This document shows, piece after piece, positions 54,730 to 64,000 of a DNA stretch of 64,000 bases (the first letter of the stretch is position 1; each line of letters starts with the position of its first letter). Source of the DNA: Octopus sinensis (lineage: Eukaryota); assembly GCF_006345805.1 (NCBI RefSeq), contig NC_043006.1, positions 80,538,001 through 80,602,000 of the forward strand. The letters are read 5' to 3'. Made by a program: the position numbers and the translations under genes. Below the pieces are notes generated by a model. That model was not told the DNA's origin and searched no databases. It saw only the letters and a list, made by a program, of their open reading frames with translations.

Positions 54730-54966
54730 AGAGAAAAGGAAAATGTCATACTTGCTTTGAAGACTATGGAAATATTTACATTTAATTTTTCTTCAATTAA
54801 ATTATTTTTTCATGTTTTTCTCTTACTTGAAAAAGTTAAAAAGACCTTTTTTTGTAACCTTTGTATTTTATGATAAAATGTATTTTATGATAAAATTATT
54901 TTAGCATTTCTGCCCTGTCTGATTTCCCTTATACACATCAACTCGCGTGTTACTTTTCAACATTCT

Positions 54967-55000
<34 letters not shown>

Positions 55001-55002
<2 letters not shown>

Positions 55003-55155
55003 GGCTATGTGGTATGTAGCTGGCTTCCCAACCACATGGTTCCGTGTTCAATCCCACTCCGTGGCATCTTGGGCAAGTGTCTTCTCCTATAGCTTTGAGC
55101 CGACCAAAGCCTTGTGAGTGTATTTGGTAGACGGAAACTGAAAGAAGCCCGTCGT
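55001..55155 (+). mobile_element. tRNA-headed SINE 5' part
   Basis: Matches the head of the SINE at 10409-10542. Confidence 0.8.
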
Positions 55156-55208
55156 ATATATATATATATATATATGTGTGTATATATATATATATATATA
55201 CATATGTA

Positions 55209-55294
<86 letters not shown>

Positions 55295-55348
55295 CGTTTA
55301 AATATTTGTTGTGCAAGATTTTTTATGTGAAGTCGTGTGTTGAAACAG

Positions 55349-55808
55349 ATATTGTTATATTTCGGAATGGTCATATTGCCAGTTTAGCCAATAAAAACAC
55401 ACGCACTATATATTTGGTGTTATTTTGCTTCAGTGATATTTATTTTTTACATTAATCTTAATCTTATTTCGGCCAAAGTTCTTTCGTCACACTCCTGTGA
55501 CCGCATCAGTGGTCCTTTGTTTTCTTCTCACTTACTTGTGTCTCTCCTTACTAACCGTCAGCCATTTTGTATTTCTACAAATTAAAATAGAAATACAAAA
55601 TGGCTGACGGTTAGTAAGGAGAGACACAAGTAAGTGAGAAGAAAACAAAGGACCACTGATGCGGTCACAGGAGTGTGACGAAAGAACTTTGGCCGAAATA
55701 AGATTAAGATTAATGTAAAAAATAAATATCACTGAAGCAAAATAACACCAAATATATAGTGCGTGTGTTTTTATTGGCTAAACTGGCAATATGACCATTC
55801 CGAAATAT

Positions 55809-55816
<8 letters not shown>
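55349..55816. repeat. Near-perfect hairpin: 229-bp inverted arms with a 10-nt spacer (caaattaaaa), carrying an HHR-like fold
   Basis: 55349-55577 is the reverse complement of 55588-55816. Confidence 0.92.
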
Positions 55817-55874
<58 letters not shown>

Positions 55875-55879
55875 CTATG

Positions 55880-55919
<40 letters not shown>

Positions 55920-55925
<6 letters not shown>

Positions 55926-56366
55926 GAGGGAATATTATTCCAAACTTACAGGGAAAAATTCAATTTAGAAATACTAAATCAAATTTCACAAAATATAATA
56001 TATGTATAAATTAGAAAAACACATTTCATCAATTCAAAATGAAAAATTAAATCATACCATCCTGAAAATTACGTATGATAGAAATATTAAATATAAGATA
56101 AAAAATAATATACCGATGATTAAGTAATGTGCAAAATAATAAATAAAACGTATATACTTTGGTAGAATAACGACACGTGATTCGTGGCTCTATTTAAGAA
56201 ATGATTATTGTAAAAATATTAGTAGTAGTAGTAAAATCACTTCAATATAAATATAGCCACTCTTCCGGTCAAAAATAACTACAATAATAAAATAATCAAT
56301 TAATAAATATACGTAAATAATATTTTAAAATATAAATACATTCTTTAAAATCTCTCTCTCTCTCTC

Positions 56367-56412
<46 letters not shown>

Positions 56413-57130
56413 ATACAAAATATACATTAAGTGGAAACTAAATATACCACTTTAAACTATATACATTAAATCAGATTATTTATTAATATATCTATTTAAT
56501 AAACATTTGAATACAGTCTAATACCCATTAAGCAATTTATATCAAAAACCTTAAAATTTTATTAATATGCACAGTACTAGTACAAGCCATAAATACTGGA
56601 ATCAAAATAACAATTGGTTCAAATATAGACAAACCCATTAAATAAACTAACCATATAATTAATATATATGTGTTATGTATAGATTTAATATATCACTCAA
56701 TAATATAGTTGACCAAAATTGATCAATTGATATAAAAACTAATTTACTTAAATGTAATACAACTTGATAAATACACCGCCTAATTATTAAATAATGTATT
56801 GTCTAACAAAATTAATTCTCAAATTAAATTATATGTAATACGTTAAATCGCTTTATAAAAATAATAATAAATCATTCTAAATAAATAGATATCATAATGA
56901 ATAACTATCATAACTTATAACTATCAATATATATATAAAAATGATAATATTTCAACAACAATAATAATAACAATAACAATCAAAATTAATATAATTAAAA
57001 AGCCAAATAATATTTATAAGCAAAAACCGTTACTTAGCTTGTCGATGAAAATAAAATAAATGAATTTTAAACGTAAAAAAATATATAGGTCTTAGTGTTT
57101 ATAATAATTAAACGCGTGAAGTCTTAGTGT
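55920..57130 (-). repeat. AT-rich Penelope-like relic of the same family as 15420-17640, with a degenerate HHR at 56166-56271
   Basis: Shared segments include tatacattaagtg, ggtcttagtgtttataata and ccaaacttacagggaaaaattc. HHR: GAC-CGGAAGA-GUGGCU...AGCCAC-GAAUC-ACGU-GUC/GUU. Confidence 0.55.
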
Positions 57131-57346
57131 AACCAAATATAATAAATTATGAATGAAAATGGCGAAAACGATTTACTAATGTGACGTATATTTGCCATAT
57201 AAATATGGCTAACCCCAAAGAGTGGATGCTACTGTAGTTTGTAGCCCCAGGAGGACACCTCATCCAGCTGGCCATATACACACTTTCTGTGCCCTATCAG
57301 TATATGCAAAGGGAAGCCATCCTTCCCGTCTTCAACTTATGATACC

Positions 57347-57387
57347 CACGGACTCGAGTTTCTGGTTATTGACCCGTCATCGGCGTG
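57347..57387 (-). ncRNA. Minimal type I hammerhead with CCGAUGA core
   Basis: CACG-CCGAUGA-CGGGUCAAUAACCA-GAAAC-UCGA-GUC/CGUG. Stem III ACUCGAGU is palindromic; stem II is weak. Confidence 0.72.
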
Positions 57388-57810
57388 TGACAATCACAGT
57401 TGTCGATGAGAAGTAGGTTCCTTTCACAAATACTTAAACCTTTTTCCAGTATCGATAGATACGTCACGATGTGTTGTAGCTACTGTTTATAACTCGCTCT
57501 GAGATTTATTATTGATCTACTAATGAAAAGTACGAAAAACATCTAAGCCCCATAAATTAAAGAAAGGTACGAAAAATATTAGAACAAATGAACAATACGC
57601 TATGAAGACATTCAACTACAACCGACAGTCCACTACAAAGCCACTCCTGCGCCTATATATACACATAAAAATATACATATACGTATATATATATAAAGCA
57701 ATAAAGATTCAAGTTAATTTAAATGAATTTACTTGAATATGGTACCTAACTTAGATGCACCAAAAAAAACTATACGGTTTTAACAATACAGTAATGTGGG
57801 GTGATTATAA

Positions 57811-58102
57811 GCGAGAAAGAAGCAACAAGAATGGATAGGTTTTTAGTACAATCGTTTCATACAAGGACAGGCTTTATTAAAAGTTGCAAAAATTGCAGCA
57901 TATAAACGTGTCCCGTACTCATCAGCTAAAATACATGTGAGTTCTCTAGACATACTAGTATGTCTAGAGAACTCACATGTATTTTAGCTGATGAGTACGG
58001 GACACGTTTATATGCTGCAATTTTTGCAACTTTTAATAAAGCCTGTCCTTGTATGAAACGATTGTACTAAAAACCTATCCATTCTTGTTGCTTCTTTCTC
58101 GC
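57811..58102. repeat. Spacer-free perfect palindrome, 146-bp arms
   Basis: Axis between 57956 and 57957 (catact|agtatg). Ends are gcgagaaagaag and cttctttctcgc. Confidence 0.95.
57982..58072 (+). ncRNA. Type I hammerhead ribozyme, canonical core (mirror on minus strand at 57841-57931)
   Basis: UUUUAG-CUGAUGA-GUACGGGACA...UGUCCUUGUAU-GAAAC-GAUU-GUA/CUAAAA. Stem I is 6/6 bp. Cleavage is predicted after 58066. Confidence 0.88.
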
Positions 58103-58177
<75 letters not shown>

Positions 58178-58182
58178 CATAC

Positions 58183-58218
<36 letters not shown>

Positions 58219-58313
58219 ATATATATGTGTGTATATATGTATGTGTATATATGTGTATATATGTGTATATATATATGTGTATATATATGTGTATATATGT
58301 GTATATATGTGCC

Positions 58314-58409
<96 letters not shown>

Positions 58410-59995
58410 GGCACATATATACACATATATAGACACATATATATAAATACATATATACATATATATACATATGGCGGCCTCTGATCAACACGTGTTTTTC
58501 TAAGCTCCTAGAAACTCGCCAAGAGATTTCTAAACAGCTGCGAATTCTATTATACATAAAACCCAAGATAGCCTTAAATGTCTTCCTGAATGATAAATTA
58601 TACACTTGAAGAAATATGAAGTGAAATATATTAAGTAGAAAGAATCTTTTGCGAATGTACGAATTATAAGCATTGCAAATAACAACACGTGGATTTTATG
58701 AAATTTATATAATATCTGCGATTTTCGATCGGAAAAAAAAATCACTATCTGAATAACTTTTGAGCGAAAACGTAACAGGAGGAATTTAAAGAAAAACCAT
58801 ATCTAGAATATATAGAAGGGAAAAACAGAAAAAGTAAAAGTCCTTACGCATATACAAAACGTAAACAATGTCTCGTATTGAGCAGCACATGGTATCACCA
58901 TAACTTGAAAAGAAATTCAAAATCTTTCACTGCCTTGGAAATATCCATCTCTTTGGGAAAACTCTCGTGCCCGGCAAAGACTTTTATATATATATATATT
59001 GGCTATTTTTCTCGCCTAGGAAAAAATAAAATTGGCTTGAGTTTATTTTGAACTCAGAATGAATACAACGACGAAACTGAATATCCTAAGCTTCTTAATG
59101 TATTACTTCACCGCTTTTGTCTGGCAACAATATTTACGAGGGACCGTATGTATCATAATGCGGCCTACTAGAAATAGCTGCCCAGTCTCTCACATATCGA
59201 TCCTGGCTGTTGTAAACGGAATACATCTGATTGAATATTTAGCCAGGAAATAAAACCGAAAAAGACAGCACTGTCAAGGCTTTGAATGAGACCGGACTGG
59301 AAAACCAACACAAGAAAAGCTAGTTTCCTTTCTAAATATTTGCAATATAACAGTGTAGCTACTCCATATTTAATGCTTTGTTGCATGTTGCTTTACATCT
59401 TCCTACGTTTTGAGCTGCAGTAGATAAATTGCAACGATATCAAATCCATTACGATGACCTTTGGTATTCTAATTTACCTCCCTTAACGTGTGCAATTGTT
59501 AGTTGGAAAATATTTATGATATGAATCTAGAAGGAATGACAGACAAAGTCCAACTCCAGTGGGATGGATTTGTCAGCCATTATGGAAACGATCATATAAA
59601 GCGTTTTAAGTATTTTCTTGTTGTTCCATATTTCATCAATTATAACCATGTAATGACATTTCGCTTACAACTTTATGTATTTATTCAACTTTTACCTGTT
59701 GAGTGACAAAATGTACCATGTAATCCAAAGGGCCAATCATATGTCACTAAATTTATTTATTCAGTAGGTAAGCGTTTTGTACACACTGCTATACACACAC
59801 ACACACACACATAAACACACGCACACCTGCATACACATATGTGTATGCGTTGTGTGAGCGTATATATGCAAAACAATTAAATAAATGAATTAAGTGACAT
59901 ATCCAAGGTCCCTTAAGTTACTTTTACCAAATAATATAAATCATGTTCACGTGTATCTCAACGAATTTCTTTTGTTTAATGTAATATACATATAT

Positions 59996-60230
59996 AAGGC
60001 GTCGAGCTGGCAGAAACGTTAGCACGCCGGGCGAAATGCGTAGCCGTATTTCGTCTGCCGTTACGTTCTGAGTTCAAAATTCCGCCGCGGTTGACTTTGC
60101 CTTTCATCCTTTCGGGGTCAATAAATTGAGTACCAGTTACGCACTGGGGTCGATGTAATCGACTTAATCCGTTTGTCTGTTCTTGTTTGTCCCCTCTGTG
60201 TTTAGCCCCTTGTGGGTAGTAAAGAAATAG
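59996..60230 (+). mobile_element. Full-length octopus-type SINE with probable target-site duplication
   Basis: aaggcgtcgagctggcagaaacgttagcacgccgggcg...gttcaaaattcc...gtagtaaagaaatag, flanked by taatatacata on both sides. Confidence 0.88.
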
Positions 60231-60235
60231 TAATA

Positions 60236-60268
<33 letters not shown>

Positions 60269-60419
60269 GTGTGCGTTTGTTTGTACTGTATGTGCTGAGT
60301 GCGTCTGTGTGTATGTCAGTATCTGTATATGTGTGGATATGAGTACGTGCGGGCGCGTGTGTGGGTGGGTGTCATCAGGAATTTGGCATTGACGTGGTGT
60401 GGTCACTCATGGATGATAT

Positions 60420-61560
60420 AATTCTTGGAACCAAGTAAATTTCACTCTATTTTTCTTTGAGCAGTACTGTTATATCTCACAAGACAGAACATGATGGCGA
60501 ATTCGATGCTAGCTTCTTGACGCTCTTCACAAAACCGACTTATTCAGAAAACGGTTTCCCTCACCGGTGTCCACCAAGTTCCCATTTTCTGGAAAGAGTG
60601 TCCCCATTTTCGCTAGGCCTACTTTGTAGCAGTCCAGATTATGAGGTGCGAGGACGAATTCAAGTTTCTTTGTGATTCCTATCACTAGATGCATGTCATG
60701 TTGTTCTGTGCCAGGTTTTGTGTGAGATCAGTGTGGTAGCTATGATCAGTTTGTGCTTGTTAGCAAATTCTAGGAGTCGAGATCCTAGATCTCTGGTTTC
60801 CTCTGATCTCGAATCGTCCCAATGTCGCAGTCCATTGGTCATATGCATCTGAGCCTTCTTTATCGTCCCAGTCTTCTTGGTCAATGAGGAAAACTTATTT
60901 TAGGAGCGGCTTTGTGATTTACTCCAGGTCTTTATAGAATTCTTTACCGGCATCCACTCAAGCATTGGCGCATAGACTGTTATGATTGTAATATTCAATG
61001 GGCTTAAGGCGGCGAGCTGGCAGAAACGTTAGCTCGCCGGGCGAAATGCTTAGCGGTATTACGTCTGCCTTTACGTTCTGAGCTAAAATTCCGCTGAGGT
61101 CAGCTTTGTCCTTCATACTTTCGTTGTCGAAAGTACCAGTTGCGTACTAGGGTCGATCTAACCAAGTGCCCCTCCCCCAATATTTCGGGTGTTGTGCCTA
61201 GAGTAGAAAAGAATATAGCTTTTAACAACGGGTATGATGATGATCCTGCTGTATACCGGTATACAGCCGATGACTAAACTTACTCGGGCTTTGTTAATAA
61301 TGAAGCTCACTCTATGTTAATGCTTGGTGGCAACTCCGCTGTACCGAAGTTTGTCGGCTTCATTTGTTGTTGTCTCGCTAAATCCAGTTTACCTGGCTGC
61401 AGTCAATTCTGTGATATCCTCAGGTGTAACTGATAAATTCATAAGTTCCTTCATCCTTCCACAAGCATACAAGCTTCATAAATAGCGTGTCCCAAAGACA
61501 GTATTGTCTTGTGGAAGTCTGAAGTTAGTCAGTGTAGGTGTCTCTTTCACGAGTATTGTC
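60420..61560 (-). mobile_element. RTE-clade LINE apurinic endonuclease relic, interrupted by a SINE
   Basis: Decayed TGFSETTTNEADKLRYSG...HRVSFIINK...CIPVYSRII and GSRLLEFANKHKLIIATT.ISHK. Confidence 0.7.
61006..61215 (+). mobile_element. SINE nested in the RTE relic
   Basis: aaggcggcgagctggcagaaacgttagctcgccgggcg head; agtagaaaagaata tail. Confidence 0.85.
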
Positions 61561-61860
61561 GTCTTCTCAGTTGCACATTTGCACATCCACCCTGGGAACT
61601 AGCAGTAGAGAGACCGATCTTCACTGTACATTTTGGATAATATACCCGCACTATTGACAGACATATGACGTATCTTTTCTCTGGGTCACGAACACTTAAA
61701 AACTCACGAATATATATGTATATATATATAATAATTATATATATAATAATTATTATAAAGAATATTATGTTATTCTTTACATTTTATTGTTATTTTAATT
61801 TTAACTTTTCTATTATATGCAATTTTCTAGATGGTGTAATTTAATTGTTCCTTTTGAATT

Positions 61861-62220
61861 GATAAAAGGATGAAAGGCAAAGTCGACCTCGGTGGAATTT
61901 GAACTGAGAACGTAACGGCAGACGAAATACGGCTAAGCATTTCGCACGGCATGCTAATGTTTCTGCCAGCTCGCCGCCTTCTGTACTCAATAATCGTCGT
62001 CTTGAAGGTGTCCTGCTTGCAAAATCGTTAGTAAGCCAGGCAAATGCTTAGTGGCATTTCGTCCGTTTTTTTCGTTCTGGGTTCAAATGCTGTCGGATTA
62101 GACTTTGTCTTTCACACTTGGGCGTCAATAAAATAAGTATCATTTGAGCACTGGGGTTTATTTAATCGACTTATCCTTTCCTCTAAGTTTCTGGCCTTGT
62201 ATCAAAATTTGAAACCAATA
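61861..62220. mobile_element. Two divergent SINE copies in opposite orientation (61861-61980 minus, ~62005-62220 plus)
   Basis: Similarity to the 59996-60230 family. Confidence 0.75.
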
Positions 62221-63334
62221 GTCGTCTTCTTAGCTGTAAATACAAGATTGCAGACACAATCAACCACACACACATGCACACAGCACATATTCTCACACAC
62301 ATACATACATGTATACGTACAATCATAAATATCCATACACATACATTCACGCACATAGCCGCACATGCGCATTCGCCCACACGCATATATACACACATAC
62401 GCTCAAACACACACACACACACACACACAAGTAAGCACACACATTCCCAACAACACAACTACACATACAAGCATACATGCTCACACACAGTCCGTGTACA
62501 CACACGCGAACACACATGTATATAATGTTAAACACACAACCACACCCGTACAAATGTGCATACTCCCACCCACCCCCACCCCCATACACGCACGCACATA
62601 TACACACATTCGCACTTGTATTCTTATTTCAACGAATAGTTAACTCTGTTTTTGGCCATCTAAACCTAAACCCAAAAATCCGTGATGCGCTATTCTCAGA
62701 CCATACACTGAGCTAAAAATATGTTTAGATTACAGATAATTTTGAAATGGTGAGGCAATTTGTTGTTTAAATTTTAGTTTCTCCACATAGAACATACTTC
62801 GTCGGCGTCCGAGCATCAGACATGACACACATTCCCACTTTAAATCAATCCAGAAAGTAGGTGTGGCGGAAATGTTTTTCACCAATTACACCAAAATATA
62901 TCTATTTACGCTGACCTTACCCCATTGATTTGAAAGGAAGAAAATCATAGATTATTTACTCTAGTGAAGTGGCCGGTGAACCGGGGTAAATTATCAGAAG
63001 TGGGGTAAAAATGAAATTCCTAGGGGATAATGAGGATTCAGGAGAGATGAGTAAAATGAAAATGTATTAGAGAGAGATATACATAAACATACATATACAT
63101 ATAAGCATATATATAATTATATGTATATATATTTATGGATATGTATGTATATATGTATATGCATATTTACATATATGTATGTATATATATATAATATTGA
63201 GTTGCACACTTGCATCAATATACACATGCAAGCATAAGTATATGAGCGTGTTTATACAACCATATATAGAACTAAATACCTGCACAAACCGCCTCAACAT
63301 ACCGAATTCTATATATTTATATATAAAAAAATTA

Positions 63335-63508
63335 GAAAAAAACACCTTTTATCAATTCAAAATGTTAAATTACACCATCTAGAAAATTACATATAATAGA
63401 AATATTAAAATTAAAATAACAATAAAATATCAATGATTAAGTAAATTGCAAAAAAAAAAAATAAAAACATATATAATTTGTAGAATAACGACACGTGTTT
63501 CGTGGCTA

Positions 63509-63510
<2 letters not shown>
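63335..63510 (-). repeat. 3' end of the AT-rich HHR relic family, truncated by (TA)n
   Basis: Matches ~56020-56190. Minus strand gccacgaaacacgtgtcgttattc is the 3' half of an HHR. Confidence 0.6.
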
Positions 63511-63576
<66 letters not shown>

Positions 63577-64000
63577 TATGTATGCATGGAGTTGAGCGTT
63601 TGCCCGTGTGCAGTTATGTGTTTTGATCGAAATATGGACAACATTCGTAAGATAGCTTCATTGTATACATACATACATAATACATACTATATATATATTT
63701 ATATGTTTTAGTTTCAGTCCAAAGACTGTCGCCATTCGAGGGCACCACCGTTTACTATGTTACATTTGCGCTGGACCTTATCTGACGTGTGATGTTTGGT
63801 GGATGCGGGAGTTTGGCGTTACTGACATCGTCTGTGTTTCTTCCCTTGAGCTAGGTTCAACCGGAACTCTTGCCAGAACGAAATCCGGTTTTGTTTTGAA
63901 AAAGCCTTATTCTACACTATGCAGGTCTCTTAGGGTTTGTGGGAGGAAAAAGAAGAGTTGTGGGCCTTTGTAAACGAAACTGTTGCAGTATCTGTTTCTG

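Noticed and set aside
54480-54749. Arg-rich 89-aa ORF (protamine-like or first exon)
   Set aside because: The composition comes from (GA)n and (TTC)n repeats, and the remaining peptide has no recognisable motif.

Overview
AT-rich, microsatellite-dense animal genomic DNA. It is most likely an octopus/coleoid cephalopod, inferred from the SINE families and repeat landscape. The backbone is a ~24-30 kb tandem segmental duplication (about 1-28.9 kb vs 29.6-52.9 kb). Each unit carries a cluster of single-coding-exon, minus-strand family-B/Methuselah-like GPCR genes with a somatomedin-B-like Cys-rich ectodomain. One copy is intact (43284-45188). One has an in-frame loss of most of the ectodomain (46837-48090). 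The others are broken copies or stubs. Between the genes lie decayed Tc1, FLYWCH-MULE, CR1-group and RTE LINEs, a Helitron fragment and many SINEs. The most striking signal is not visible in the ORF track: four fold-back (inverted-repeat) insertions, each carrying a hammerhead ribozyme (HHR) or HHR-like fold pointing outward from the centre. The largest is a spacer-free 2987-bp palindrome (36404-39390) whose arms each encode a Penelope-type GIY-YIG endonuclease ORF, with no RT, followed by a canonical HHR. Three separate insertions carry HHRs with the same non-canonical core CCGANGA instead of CUGANGA. All RNA folds were derived by eye and all family assignments come from motif recognition; no database search was run.
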